Of a stretch of DNA of 40,147 nucleotides, positions 9,888 to 22,706 are shown one piece after another. The DNA is taken from positions 1-40,147 of the forward strand of contig CBFFRQ010000144.1 in NCBI GenBank assembly GCA_965644315.1. Direction: 5' to 3'. Under the pieces are notes generated by a model. That model searched no databases. It worked only from the letters and a program-made list of their open reading frames with translations, and was not told the DNA's origin. The translations under genes were made by a program, and so were the position numbers. The DNA is from Caecitellus pseudoparvulus. Taxonomy: Eukaryota > Protista > Bigyra: Bicosoecida. Within the stretch, counting starts at the first letter, position 1. The number at the start of each line of letters is the position of its first letter.

Positions 9888-12258
9888 ATGTCTGGCTCTC
9901 CACCTGCGACCCCCATCAGCACGCCCTCTGGGCGGCTGGCGGCGGTGCTGCAGCTGTCGCAGGGCGACGTGGCTGTGGTGGTCATCTTCAGCCTGCTGGC
10001 CGTGGCAGCAGCAGGCTACGCCTTGCGCAGGGAGTGGACTGCGAGGCGTGGCATTCTGTGGGCGGGGAAGGCCCCCTTTGAGGCGCACTGGCCGCTGTCC
10101 TCGCCCGCAGTTGCCTGCATGCTGCTGCTCGTCGGGGTGGATTGGTGCGTGCTGCGCCGCTCCGCGCATCACCCTCCTGTCACGCTCACCCGGCCACACC
10201 CGCCCTCGCAACAGGCAAGCTGGCCCCTCAAGCATCGTGCAGTATGCGACGTCCGTCGGCGTTTCCGCAGCTGCACCGTACCTGCTCCTGCCGCTGGTGC
10301 TGGCCGGCGTGGCGTGGGTGGTGTGGCCCACCCTGCGTCGAGTGGGCGCTGCCGACGTGCCAGGCTACCTGAGCATCCGCTTCGACCCGCTCTTTGCCAT
10401 GTACGCGACGGGGGTGTCTGTGCTGGTGCCGCTCATCGGCACCATGGCGCTGTTGGTGTCTGGGGCGACGTGGCTGACCCCCGCTATGAACTGGACGCCA
10501 GCCAGCAGCGTCAGCCTGCTGGTGTGCCTGGGCACCCTCCTGGCCATGCTGTCCCCGACCCAAGTCACACTTGCCAGCCTGGCCCTGGTCCTGGCCAGTG
10601 GCCTGCTCATCGCTGGCACCTTGCTGGGTAGTTTGGCCCTGTCCATGGCAGGCGGCGCCACCTCCCTCGAGTACACCATGCAAACCTCCCAGCACGCCGT
10701 GAAGCTGGGCATGGACACGACCTTCCTGGACATCGGCCAGCCCCCTGCCTCACACGTGGCAGTGGCCGCTCGCCCCTGGGCCGTGGACGTCTCCTGGCCC
10801 GCCCTGCTCTTCGGCGTGCCGCTTGCCTTGCTCTGGCTGCTGGTTGGCAACCCCGCCACAGCCCAGGCAGTGGCCGCAGCCCGCAGCAGCCCAGCACGCA
10901 CTGCCACGCTTGTCGCATGCGGCGCCCCCCTCCTCTTTGTCTTCACGGCCTTTGCCGGCACTGTGGCGCGTCTGCGTCTGGGGCGCACGCTGGGCTGTGG
11001 CGAGGCGGGCCGCCCCTGCTCCTTCCAGCAGGCCACCACTGCAGCCATGAGCATGCTGGTGCTGCCCTCGGGCTTCCGCGGCCTGCTCACTGCCAGCCTC
11101 CTGGCAGCCCTCGTCGTGCGTGTAGCCGTCACGCTGCGTGGCGCAGGGCAGCTGTTGCTGCGGCAGGTGCTGGTGCCGTGCATGCCTGGCACCTTTCCGC
11201 TGCAGGCGCACATTGCAGGGCAGACTGGCGGCGGCGATGGCGGTGAAGGCCTGACCAAGGGCCCCATCCTCACGGCCCGCAACCGCCTGGTGTGGGCTGC
11301 CGTCATTCTGCCTCTCGGCCTGCTGAGCCTGGCGTGGCTAGGGCAGGTGACGCCTGCTGGCGGCAGCGCCCCCCAACTGACCACTGTCTTTGACAGTGCC
11401 TTCACATTCGGCACCCCCCTCGTTGTGGCGGCCGTGTCCGGCATGCTCATGCCCACCCTTACGTCGGCAGGCGCCGTGGCTGGCGTGGTTGTGGCGCACC
11501 TCATCGCCCTGTGCCGCCTCGTTACCGTGCCTGTGGTGGCGCCTATCCTGGCACAGGCGGCCTCTGCCCCGACAGCGGGGCACCTGGACGCCCTGAATGG
11601 CTGGCAGTGGACCTTTGGCGTGTCCTCTGTCTTCACCTACTTGGCTGTGCAGAGCACCGTGCAGGTGCTGGTGACTGCCCTGGCTGCGGCTGTCGCCGCT
11701 TGTGCCTCCAGTGCCGCGCCGCCCAAGGGCCTGGCCCTGCCGACACTGCGCTTCATGGCGTGGCGTGCGCCACAGGCCTGGCAAGGGCACCTGGACGAGG
11801 CGTTGGCTGAGGAGCTGTCAGCTGCAGACACACGCCGGGCGCTGTCTGCGGGCGGGCGCGGGGGCGTCGCTGCATCCTCAGCGTCCACACGGGCAGCGCC
11901 AGGGGGTGCCTGGGCCGGAGGAGGCGGTGCCACGTATGCTGCTGTGGCTGCACGGGGTCTAGATGAGGAGGATGAGGAGGATGTGGTGCTGGATTTGGAG
12001 TTGGAGGGGGCGGGCTCCGCCGCTGCCAGCAGCCAGGGCATGGCTAGCTCGCCCACTGCTGAGGAGGCAGAGGATGCTGCTCTGGTGGGTGGGGGTGTGG
12101 AGGCAGCGGATGTCTCCTTCGAGGGCCAGCAGCAGCCGTCCCCCTCTGGGGCCGTGGACACCGTCGCCGCCGCGAAAGCCTCTGAGGCCATGGCTTGGCA
12201 GGTGGCGCACGGGGTGGCGATTGTCGCTAGCCTGGGGCTGCTGCTGGCTTTCTGGTGA
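9888..12258 (+). CDS. Divergent sodium:solute symporter (SLC5/SSF)-like membrane protein; intron 10145..10214
   Basis: Many hydrophobic segments; DVAVVVIF..WAGK, VPGYLSIRF and LPSGFRGLLTASLLAAL resemble SSF motifs. A GTGCGT..CAG intron joins the two ORFs in frame. Confidence 0.65.
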
Positions 12259-12399
12259 GGCCAGCGCCGAAACAGCCACCACCGCCGCCTCCCATACTCG
12301 CATAAATGTTCTTCTGTAATGCGTTCCGCCCGGGCCCCGGCGCATGCTGCACGACCAGCGTGGGCCGGGGCTGTTTCGAATGCACGTGCTGTGCCTGAG

Positions 12400-13818
12400 T
12401 CAATTCACCCACGGCCGCCGGGCCTGCACTGCACTGCTGGTGTGCTTGGCCGTCTGGCGCTGTGTGCGTTTGCGGCGGCGTGAGCGGGTCCGCGTGCCTC
12501 TGCGGACTGTGCGCCTGGTCTGCGCCTGCACCGCAGCTTGCACCAGGCTACGTGCAGCGGACTGGGCGAAGACATCCACCTGCCCATTGGCGGCGTGCAA
12601 GGCCACGTGGGCCTGCTCCACTGCGCACTGTGCCAGCAGGCGCCGCCGTCGCTCGGCATGGGCCACCTGGGCGGACCGGTGGGCAGCCGCCTCTGCCAGG
12701 CACTTGGCTCGCAGGGAGCGCAGCAGTGTCTCCTGGGGGGAGAGGGGGGGGAGCTCCGCCCCTGCTGCAGGCGGCGCGGGGGCCACGCCGAAGCCAGCGG
12801 CGATGCTCTGCAGCCGATGTGCCAGTGAGTGTGTGCGTGCATCCAGGCGGCTCAGTCTCGCCTGGGCCACCTGCCCATTCCATTCGCTGGCGTCACGGGC
12901 GGGCTGGGGGGCGGGCGCGGTGTGGGGTGCAGGACTACTGGTTGTAGAGTCCAAGGTGGAGCTGTCGTGGCTGTCGTCGTGGGGAGGGGTGGCGGGGCGT
13001 TCTGAGCGGGCGGGTGAGGCCCAGTCCAGTGCAGGCGTCTCCTCGGCAGCCTCAGCTAGCATATCACGCATGCTCTGCAGGTGCGTCTCCAGGTCCACTT
13101 CCGCCGCCTGCACGTCGTCCAGGGCACGCTGTGCAGCCTGCATGTGTCCCTGGAGACTGTCCTCCTCGCGGTCGGGGAGGGCGGGGGAGCGCGTCGCAGG
13201 TGACGAGGGGGGCGCCTCCTCGGCAGGCACCACGGACAGGGAGGGGGAGCCGTCGTCACCATGGGTGATTTCCAGCACGATGTCGCCCCGCCCAGGCTGG
13301 ATGTAGTAGTGCTGTGCAGAGCTGGGCGCGGGCTTGGTGGGGGAGGTGAAGAGCAGCTCCTGGCGCGGCGCCGTGAGCCGAGAAGCACGCGCCTTGCCGC
13401 GGGACAAGGCGCCAGCATCGTCATCGAACACTGCTGGGCTGATGGTGCTGGGGCCAGGGTCGCCCGCGCTCACTGGCTGGTGTGTGGGGCCATGTGCCGG
13501 CGTGGTCACGGGCAGCTCGGCAGGGGTGGGCGGCACCTTGTCGTGCCCTGGTTCGTGGGGCCCAGCCAACTGCTGGCGAAGGGGCTTGGGCGGCGCTCGG
13601 AGCTTTGAAGCAGAGGTCAAGATTCCCAGGGAGGCCTTTGCAGGCGCAGTGGTGGGGCGCTCAGGCCCGTCCGTTTCTGCTGCCAGCATCCGCAGGAATG
13701 CGTCCATTGCTCCCAGGCTCATCTCGATGCTGTCCACTGAGGCCTGGCTGCCAGCATCATCCTCCTGCTGGCTTGAGATGGTGCTCCACGTGGAGCTCGA
13801 GACGCTGGCACTGGCCAT
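12400..13818 (-). CDS. Hypothetical protein (low-complexity, coiled-coil segments)
   Basis: 472-aa ATG ORF with host-like composition, ending convergently near the SSF gene; no recognisable domain. Confidence 0.55.
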   Translation of the reverse strand: MASASVSSSTWSTISSQQEDDAGSQASVDSIEMSLGAMDAFLRMLAAETDGPERPTTAPAKASLGILTSASKLRAPPKPLRQQLAGPHEPGHDKVPPTPAELPVTTPAHGPTHQPVSAGDPGPSTISPAVFDDDAGALSRGKARASRLTAPRQELLFTSPTKPAPSSAQHYYIQPGRGDIVLEITHGDDGSPSLSVVPAEEAPPSSPATRSPALPDREEDSLQGHMQAAQRALDDVQAAEVDLETHLQSMRDMLAEAAEETPALDWASPARSERPATPPHDDSHDSSTLDSTTSSPAPHTAPAPQPARDASEWNGQVAQARLSRLDARTHSLAHRLQSIAAGFGVAPAPPAAGAELPPLSPQETLLRSLRAKCLAEAAAHRSAQVAHAERRRRLLAQCAVEQAHVALHAANGQVDVFAQSAARSLVQAAVQAQTRRTVRRGTRTRSRRRKRTQRQTAKHTSSAVQARRPWVN

Positions 13819-14284
13819 GCCGCACAGTGGCGCGGGCGTGCAGGGCGCTTGATGTGTGGGCGGAGACTGGCCGCCTTCAAATTCCGCTGCAAAACCAGAG
13901 CAAGCCGGGCAGCAACCAACGACCGCGAGAAGGGCAGCCCGTGATATGCTAACTGGGCGTATTGAATTGCAGTCAGTGTTTTACTGGTTGGACCTGGCGC
14001 ATTGCGCCCCCCTCCCTGGCTGGTTCAATCACGATGCGTGAAGAGCTCTGCAGTCGACCACACAGCACACCGTTTGGAGGTCCCCGTTCTTTGTACGGCC
14101 TTCAGGGGTGCCTCACATGCAATTCCCTGGATGTTCCTCTGTGTGGTCTTGGGGTGCGCGATTGATGACAGCGGAGGTGCAGCGCTGCAGTTTGCTTGCG
14201 GTTTGAGTGGCCATGCGACAGAAGCACGGCACGGCACTGACAGCACCACCTGCTAACACACGATAGCATACAACCGGCAAAAGC

Positions 14285-14670
14285 TCATGTGCTGGACTGT
14301 GACGCGTTGTCGCGCGCCTCGTCTGGCAGCGTTGTGGGGTAGGCGTCCGCTGGCACTCGGTACCGGCCCTGCAGCGCAGCTCGTGCAGATGCCGAGAGCG
14401 GCCCCGTGGCGGCAGTCTGGGCAGGGAGGGAACAGGGCAGTGTAGGGGTAGTGGTGTATGGGCGTCAGGCGCATGGCGCCGCACCACTCGTTTCACGGCT
14501 GCGGCATCTTGCCGCCAGCGCAGCCAGTCCATCTCGCTGCGGTAGTAGACAGCGAGCATGACAGCGCCACCAAAGACAACTCCAGGAAGCAAGCTCCGTT
14601 TCAAGTACGGCAGCACCGCATCATGCCAGGCAGACCGGGGACCCCCTCCCGGCAGAGCTTTGCGCTGCAT
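14285..14670 (-). CDS. Small single-TM hypothetical protein (~105 aa); predicted intron 14417..14484
   Basis: ATG at 14670 and a hydrophobic segment LLPGVVFGGAVMLAVYY. A GTGCGG..CAG 68-nt intron gives an in-frame second exon ending at TGA 14285. Confidence 0.45.
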
Positions 14671-15129
14671 GCAGCGGAAATTGCTTGTGCTTTGTGCGGT
14701 AAAAACAGGAACGAAATGGGGGTGAAGGAAGGGGACCTCAGGGTTCGGGTATGTAAAGGGCAAGATTGAGTTTGTTCGAATTGGGAGCTTCTTCGCAGCA
14801 ATGCACCGCGGGAGAGTGCGTTGGTCGTGTCTGGCCTCAGATGTCGGGGAGCTCCAAACCGCGCTTGAACTGACCAAAAACATATACATGTGAGTAAAAC
14901 CCAAATGGACTGCCTGATCCACAAATCCTGCAGTTGTACCACCTGAAGACTGCAGTTCTGCGGGCGAGCGAGTTCCCTTCCGTTTCACTTGCGTTTCCCG
15001 GGGCGACTGAGTGGGGCGCGCCCGGCGCGTCCTTAGAGAGGCTGCGCGCCGGCGCCTGCCACGTGTGATGCCTGCCTGTAAAAACTCTTGAAGCGAATTC
15101 TGGGGGCACCGCACACCCTCCCAGGCACC

Positions 15130-17699
15130 ATGCCTCGGCGGAGTGCCGCTCTCAGCCCTCGGGCCTCAAAGTCCGAGGCAAGCGGCGCGACTTCGCGGCC
15201 GAAACGCAAGCGCCCTCGCACGGTGGTGGTGAACCTTGCGAACTGCAAGTATGCCATTGTAGAGCATGCTGTGCGGGAGCGGGGCTGGGTGGTGGACAAG
15301 GACCCTGACAGCACGGTGCGAGGCAGCTGCGAGCGGTGCCGTTTGACCACGTTTCACGCCACGCCAACACCGCCACACGCCACCTCCCCACAGGCGTGGA
15401 ACTTGATGTGGATGGACACGTCAGTTTCGGCTGAGCGTGCCATGCGGTTGAAGCGGCACCAGAAGCTGAATCACTTTCCAGGCATGCACATTCTCGCCCG
15501 AAAGGTGCGTTTGAGCCGCCCCGCCAAGCTGCTGCTGCTGCGCATTCGACACCCACCTGCGCTACGCCGCACACACCTCAGGCTTGGCTGGCACGCACGC
15601 TGGGAGTGATGGGGCGACTGTTCAAGGCAGAGTACAACTTCCTGCCCCAGACGTGGGTGCTGCCGGAGCAGTGGACGGAGTTCAAAAAGGCGGCTGCGCG
15701 GCGCGGCAAGCACCGCACGTACATCGTCAAGCCAGACGCCGGGTGCCAGGGCAAAGGCATCTTCCTCACCAAGCGAGGTGAGGGGGTGGACCCACGCGAG
15801 CCCCAGGTTGTGCAGCGGTACATCTCCCGCCCCCTCCTCATCGACGGCTTGAAGTTCGATTTGCGCGTGTACGTGCTGGTGACGTCGGTGCGGCCGTTGC
15901 GCGCGTTCTTGTTCCAGGAGGGCCTCGTGCGCCTGGCCACGTCGCCGTACGTGGCGCCGAGCCAGGGCAATCTGTCCCACGTGACGATGCACCTCACCAA
16001 CTACTCCATCAACAAGCACGCGGCGGGGTTTGTGGGGGCGGATGCCGAGGCTGGGGGTGCTGGCGGCAGCAAGCGCACCCTGCGCTGGTTTCGCAGGTGG
16101 CTGGGCGAGCAAGGCCACAACGCGGAGGAGGTGTGGGCCAGCATTGGGCACATGCTGACCAAGATGTTGCTGGCCGCACAGCCCAAACTAGCGCACGTGT
16201 ACCGCTCCGTGGCCGGGCCGCATGGCAGCCGAGTGGACATTCCGGCAGGGCTGCGGTGGGGCGCCCAGGTCGCAGGGATGAAGCCCAGCCAGAGCTTCAC
16301 GTCCAGCGCCTGCTTCGAGGTGCTGGGGTGCGACATCATGCTGGACGACGCGCTGCGCCCGTGGCTGATTGAAGTGAACCACTCACCCTCCCTCGCGTGC
16401 GACAGCCGCCTGGACACGGCGGTCAAGGGGCGCCTAGTGCGCGAGGCGCTGGCCCTCGTGAACATGAAGGCCAGCGACAAACGCAAGGCTGAGGCAGCAG
16501 CCCGGCAGCAGTCCAAGTCGCGCCTGTACTCTGCTACGCGCAGTGCCGGCGTGTTCGCGTCGGCTGCTGGCAGGGCGGATCGTCAGGTTAGCACGCCAGA
16601 CGCTGACGATAGCAGCAGCTCCGACGAGGAGGCAGCTCACGCATTGCGAGCAGCAGGTGCGACAGGCCCCCCCACGTCGCTGCGCGAGCTGGTGGCAGGC
16701 ATGACGGTGCACCAGGCTGTGGAAGCCAAGCGTCGGTGGTTCGAGGGGCTGGTCGCGCCGGGTTGCAGCCGCATGTACCCGCCCCACGACTCGCTGGACG
16801 CCGAGTTGGACCCGCTCCTCACGCGGCGAGTGCACAGCAAGGCCCTCGCTGCTGCGTTGAATGGCGGGGCGTCCCGCAGCAGCACAGACGGCACGGAGGC
16901 GTATGACCGGTTGCCGGGTCAACATGCAACGTTGAAAGGGGTTGTGGCTGCCGGTGGCGATGTGGCCACAGCCTATGCGCAGTTCGCAGAGGCTGCAGCT
17001 GATGCCTTTACGGCAGGGACAGGGGCACGGTCCGCCCTGCGGGGAGGTGGCTCTGATTCGCTCCTGAAGGCTCGGCTGCTTGCGCTGCGCTCAGCATTTT
17101 CCGCCAACGCCGAGGCAGGCAGCGCGGGGGAGGAGGAAGAAGGCGAGAGTGCTGGAGGTGCTACGCCAAGGGCTGCACCACAGACATCCGACCCGCCCCG
17201 TTCTGGCGGAGGGAGGGGCTTGCTCAGCTCTCCCCGCCGCCAAGGCACGCCACGTGTCTCACCCGCCCACACGCTGGCCAAGTTGCAGCGTGCATTCACC
17301 CCCATTTCCACACACTCACCGCCAGCCTCTCGGGGGGGAGCTCGGCCGTCGTCGCCGCGTGCGGGCCAGGGACGTCTGCGGCCATCAAGCGGCAGTCCAG
17401 CGCGCCAGCCCTCCCGCCAGAGAAGTGGCCAGCGTGCCAAGCCCACCCGCCACCACTCGGCCGTGCTTCGAGATCGGAGGGCAGGGGTGGCGTCACGAGT
17501 GGTGCTGCCCCTCGTGAGTCAGGATTTGACCCGGGCTGTGCCGTGGACTGAACAGGCCGCGCCAGAGCCGCGCGGGTCAGGCTCGGCGCAGGGCATGCCA
17601 CGCCGGGCCGCCAGCGACCTGGGCGGCGTGCCACACGGTTTGTACAGCGCTGTGGCAGGCAGTGGACCCCAGGCTGCACGGTCCTTGCGACAGCGATAA
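15130..17699 (+). CDS. Tubulin polyglutamylase, TTLL6/TTLL13-like; introns 15316..15393 and 15505..15581
   Basis: WNLMWMD, QKLNHFPGM, YIVKPDAGCQGKGIFL, QRYISRPLLIDGLKFDLRVYVLVTS, HLTNYSINK, CFEVLGCDIMLD, PWLIEVNHSPS. Confidence 0.92.
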
Positions 17700-17952
17700 C
17701 AGTGGGCTGGTGCCAGTGTCTGCTGGCGTCTGAACGCGGTGACCGTGCTCTGGGAATGGGTCAGAAACACGCTTGCGCCGGGGGGGGGGAGGCTGTCCAG
17801 GGCCTAGCAAACCCGGGGCTGGGCTAAAAATCCACACACCTCAACGTCACCTTGCACCTAATGTCGCAGCAGTGCCTGCTTGACGAGCCGAAGGACCCTG
17901 GCGACTGAACGTGGCCAGCGTCTGCACCACAGAACGTTGCTACGCACTCACT

Positions 17953-20900
17953 ATGGCAGCAGCAGCCGCGACCGGGACTGGCGCCGCCGCCGCTGATGGC
18001 GTCGACCAAGACCTGTACTCGCGTCAAATTGGCGTGTTTGGCATGGAAACGTGCGTTCCCAGCTCGTGCTGGCGGCAGCGCAGGGGCGTGCTTCCCACGT
18101 CCCGTGCTGCCCACCACGCCAACTGCTGACACGCCAAGCACACCTTGAACGTGTGGGCGCAGGATGGGCAAGCTGATCAAGATGGACGTCCTCATCGTGG
18201 GAGCCAAGGGAGTCGCAGTGGAAGTCGGTGAGTGTCCCAGCGGGCGCCGCTCCCGGCGAGGGCATTTGCGCCTGATCGGCGTGGTGGCACACCAGCTGCA
18301 CGTGCCGCGCCCACCCTCCCCCCTGCACAGCCAAGAACTTGATTCTCGCTGGGCCACACTCAGTCATCATCCACGACCCTGCACCTGTCCAAGGCGAGGA
18401 CCTGGGCTACAACGTGCGTGCTGGAAGGGAACGCCGCTTGCCGTGCGAGTTCTGCACCCTGGCTCTTCCTCCCCCGCCGCAGTACTACTTCACCCCCGAG
18501 TCCGTGGGCAAGCCCCGAGATGAGTCCTGCATCGAGCAGCTGGCCGAGTTGAACAGCTACGTGCAGGTGAAGGTGCTGGGCGAGCCGTTGACGGAGGCCG
18601 TGCTGAGCCGCTTCAACGTCGTCGTGTTCACCGACACGCCCGCGGCAGACCTGGAGAAGTACAATGCCTACTGCCGCGCGCAGAGCCCTGCCATCGGCTT
18701 CATCGCAGCAGATGTCCGGGGCCTTGCCGGCCGCGCCTTTGTGGACTACGGCCCTGCTCACGCCGTGCTGGACGCGGATGGCGAGCCGGTGCGCAGTGCC
18801 ATCCTGGCTGGCGTGCTGGTGCAGGAAGACGGCAGCGTGCTGATCGAGACGCACGACGCCAAGCGCCACGGCCTGGCTGACGGCGACCACGTCATCTTCC
18901 GGGAGGTGGACGGCGCGACGGCGCTCAACGACGGCGTGCCCCGCAAGGTCAAGAACTGCAAGCCCTACTCCTTCGTGCTGGAGGACGCACCCGAGGGCCT
19001 GGACGGGCTGTACTCCGGCAACGGCGTCGTGGAGCAGGTCAAGGTGCCCAAGCAGCACGCGTTCAAGTCCTGGGCCGACGCCGTCGCCAACCCTGACGCA
19101 GACGGCGGCATGCTGGTGGACATGGACCTGAGCAAGTGGGGCCGTGCGCGCGCCCTGCACGCAGCATTCAACGGCATGGACACCTTCGTCGCCAAGCACT
19201 CCGCTCTGCCCTCCCCCCGCAACGACGCCCACGCCGCCGAGGTGGCGGAGCTGGCCACGGCCTGGGCCACCAAGGCTGGCTTCGAAGCGGAGGGTGTGGA
19301 GGACGTCGCCAAGCAGCTGGCGGCAGTGGCCGCCGTGGAGCTGCCGGCACTGGACGCTTTCTACGGCGGGCTGGTGGCGCAGGAGGTGGTGAAGTTCACG
19401 GGCAAGTTCACGCCCCTGGATGGCTTCCTGTACGTGGACGTGTTCGAGATCGCGCCCAAGGTGGAAGACCCCGCAGACTTTGCAGGCAGTGGCGACCGGT
19501 ACCACTTCTCTAACGTCATCTTCGGCAGCAAGCTGACTGAGACGATCCGCGGGCAGAACGTCTTCGTCGTCGGCTCCGGCGCCCTGGGCTGCGAGTTCCT
19601 GAAGAACTTCGCCCTGGCAGGCGTGGGCACCGGCCCCAGCGGCAAGATCACCGTCACGGACATGGACAACATCGAGACCAGCAACTTGAACCGGCAGTTC
19701 CTCTTCCGCACGAAGGACGTCGGCCACTCCAAGTCCTCCTCTGCCGTGAACGCGGTGAAGGTGATGAACCCCGACCTGGAGGGGCACATCACCGCCCTGG
19801 AGGACCCCGTCGGCACCGACACGGAGCACATCTTCGACGACGCCTTCTGGAGCAAGCTGGACTTCGTCACCAACGCCCTGGACAACGTCAAGGCGCGTGG
19901 GTACGTGGACGGCCGCTGCGTGTGGTTCGGCCTGCCCCTGCTGGAGTCCGGCACCCTTGGCACCAAGGCCAACTCCCAGCACATCTTCCCCTCCCTGACG
20001 GAGTCGTACACCGACAGCCAGGACCCGCCCGAGGACAGCATCCCCATGTGCACGCTCAAGAACTTCCCCAACCAGATCGAGCACTGCATCGAGTGGAGCC
20101 GCGACAACTTCCAAGGCTACTTCGCCACCAACGTGCAGGAGGCCATCGCCTTCGCGGCCGACCCCGAGAAGTGGCTCGCCAGCACTGCCGAGGAGGGCAA
20201 CGTCTTCGTGCGCCGCCAGAAGCTGCAGGGCGTTGTGGACACGCTCGCAGAAGTCAAGTCCGCAGACTGGAAGGCCTGCGTGCACCGCGCCCGCCTGGCC
20301 TTTGACAAGGACTACGTCGCCCAGATCAAGCAGCTGCTGCACAACTTCCCCCCGGAGCACGTGACCAAGGAGGGCACCAAGTTCTGGTCTGGCCCCAAGC
20401 GCTGCCCCCAGGTGCCGGAGTTCTCCCTGGACGACCCCCTGCACGCGAGCTACATCGCTCACGCCGCCGCGCTCTTCGCCTACGCATGGGGCGTTGCCGT
20501 GCCCGCCGACTTTGCCGACCCCGCCCAGCTGGCAGCAACCCTGGCTGACTGTGACATCCCCGAGTGGAAGCCCAAGTCTGTGCGCATCCAGGCCGGCGAC
20601 GATGACGAGACGAAGGAGGGCGGCGATGACGACGACGTCGTCGCAGAGGCCCTGTCCAAGCAGCTGGCAGGCATGGTGGGCGGCGCAGAGGTGGAGGCAG
20701 CCAGCAAGGCTCTGCAGGCAGCAGACTTCGAGAAGGACGACGACTCCAACCACCACATCGACTTCATCACGGCGTCGGCCAACCTGCGCGGATGGAACTA
20801 CCGCATTGCCGAGGCGTCGCGCCACAAGGTCAAGATGATCGCCGGCAAGATCATCCCCGCCATCGCCACCACCACCTGCGCCGTCACTGGCCTGGTCATG

Positions 20901-21464
20901 ATTGAGATGTACAAGACCATCCAGATGTCCCTGCTGCCCCCTGCCGAGCGCAAGGTGGACTCCCTGCGCAACGCCTACATCAACCTCGCCATCAACTCCT
21001 ACTACGCCGCAGAGCCCGGCCCCCCCAAGTTCACCCGCACCCTGGACATGGACCCCATCATGGGCATGCCCAACCGGGCAGTTCCCAACAACCACACCAA
21101 GTGGGAGCGCATGGTGATCAACATCCCCGCGACCGGCACAGTGCAGGAGGTCATGGATGCCGTCAAGGCCTACATCGAGACCACCACCAAGCAGGAGGAG
21201 GAAGCCGGCACCGCGCCCGAGGGCAAGGGCCCCATCGCCGCCTCTGATGTGGACGTCACCATGCTCGCGGTGGGCACCAAGATGATCTTCTCGGACCTCT
21301 TCCCCGCCCACGCCGCGCGCCTGGCCAGGCCCTTCAAGGAGGTGTACTCTGAAGTCTGCCTGGACGGCGCTGCCCTGACGGAGCCGTACGTGGCAGTGGG
21401 AGCAGCTGCCGAAGCTGGGTCGGACATGGTCACGGTCCCCGAAGCCCAAGTCATCATTGCTTGA
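17953..21464 (+). CDS. UBA1: Ubiquitin-activating enzyme E1; introns 18051..18162, 18228..18330, 18414..18482
   Basis: LYSRQI, VVGSGALGCEFLKN, SNLNRQFLFR, catalytic IPMCTLKNFP, FEKDDDSNHHIDFI, GKIIPAIATTT. The predicted introns restore a continuous frame. Confidence 0.97.
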
Positions 21465-21542
21465 GGTGGCAGAATGCATTGCAGCTTGATGCGTTGCAGG
21501 CTTGGGCAATGCTGGTACTGTGGCTGGTGGAAAATACCTGCA

Positions 21543-22706
21543 TCACGCTCGCCCCACTCCGCGAGATCTCAGCAAGAGCATCGCACGCCGCCCATGCCGA
21601 GTGCTGGTGCCAGCCCACACTGCATCACGCGCCGCTTGCATGAAAGGCTCTCCGTAATGTTGCCAAACGTGGGCTGGGATGGCTCGGTGACCAGTCAGGC
21701 CCAGCACCTCACGCACAGTGTCTGTGTTTCCTTCCTCGCATGCCTCTTGGAAGGCGGCCTCAAGTATACTCGGATCCACTGCGCGCACATTCACTTCCCG
21801 CGCACCATTCAGGGCCAGCAGTTCACGCACAGTGTCTGTGTTTCCTTCCTGACATGCCTCCCGGAAGGCGGCTTCAGGTCCATTCTCATCCGCCGCATGC
21901 ACATCAACTTCCCGCGCTCCAGTCAGGCTCAGCAGCTCACGCACAATTTCTGTTTGGCCATAGTTGCATGCCCACCGAAAGGCAGCCTCAGGTCCAGCCC
22001 CATCCGCCGCGTGCACATCCACCTCCCGCGCCCCAGTGAGGCCCAGCAGCTCACACACAATGTCTGTGTGGCCCATGGCGCATGCCGCTCGGAAGGCGGC
22101 CTCAGGTCCAGCCTGATCCGCCGCATGCACATCCACTGCCCGCGCCCCAGTCAGGCCCAGCAGCTCACGCACGATGTCCGTGTGGCCATACCAGCATGCT
22201 TTATGGAAGGCGGCCTCAGCTCTACCCCATGCAGCCGCGTGCACATCAACTGCCCGCGCACCAGTCAGAGCCAGCAGCTCACGCACAATGTCGAGGTGGC
22301 CATAGTGGCAGGCCCACCGGAGAGCAGCCTCAGGTCCAGCCTGATCCGCCGCGTGCACGTCCACCTCCCGCACCCCTGGCAGGCTCAGCAGCTCACGCAC
22401 GATGTTGGTGTGGCCATTGCGGCATGCCAGTCGGAAGGCGGCCTCAGGTCCACGCTCATCTGCCGCGTGCACATCCACCGCCAGGACACCTGTCAGGCCC
22501 AACAGCTCGCGCACCAACTTCAGGTGACCTTTTCTGCACGCAAGCCGGAACCCAGCAGTTGTGTCTGAACTCGCCAGTGCCTCGGCCAAAGTGGCAGTCT
22601 GAGTGCTGGCTTGCTGCAAGATGAGCCACAGCTGATCTGCAGCTGCCACTTTACAGGCAGCGTTCCACTGGGTCTCGAGGTGTGCTGGGCTTCGAAAGGT
22701 TGCCAT
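21543..22706 (-). CDS. Ankyrin-repeat protein (8 units of the same 38-aa family as the 4971 gene)
   Basis: Repeats of GPEAAFRxACxxGHTDIVRELLxLTGAREVDVHAADxx; the last unit ends LTGHRAIP, as in the paralogue (LTGHRRIP). Confidence 0.88.
   Translation of the reverse strand: MATFRSPAHLETQWNAACKVAAADQLWLILQQASTQTATLAEALASSDTTAGFRLACRKGHLKLVRELLGLTGVLAVDVHAADERGPEAAFRLACRNGHTNIVRELLSLPGVREVDVHAADQAGPEAALRWACHYGHLDIVRELLALTGARAVDVHAAAWGRAEAAFHKACWYGHTDIVRELLGLTGARAVDVHAADQAGPEAAFRAACAMGHTDIVCELLGLTGAREVDVHAADGAGPEAAFRWACNYGQTEIVRELLSLTGAREVDVHAADENGPEAAFREACQEGNTDTVRELLALNGAREVNVRAVDPSILEAAFQEACEEGNTDTVREVLGLTGHRAIPAHVWQHYGEPFMQAARDAVWAGTSTRHGRRAMLLLRSRGVGRA

Noticed and set aside
47-17837. Numerous overlapping Arg/Pro/Ala-rich ORFs on alternative frames
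   Set aside because: Expected by chance in GC-rich DNA; they overlap better-supported genes
18360-21509. 1049-aa ORF antisense to UBA1
   Set aside because: Shadow ORF caused by strong GC3 codon bias; no recognisable protein motifs
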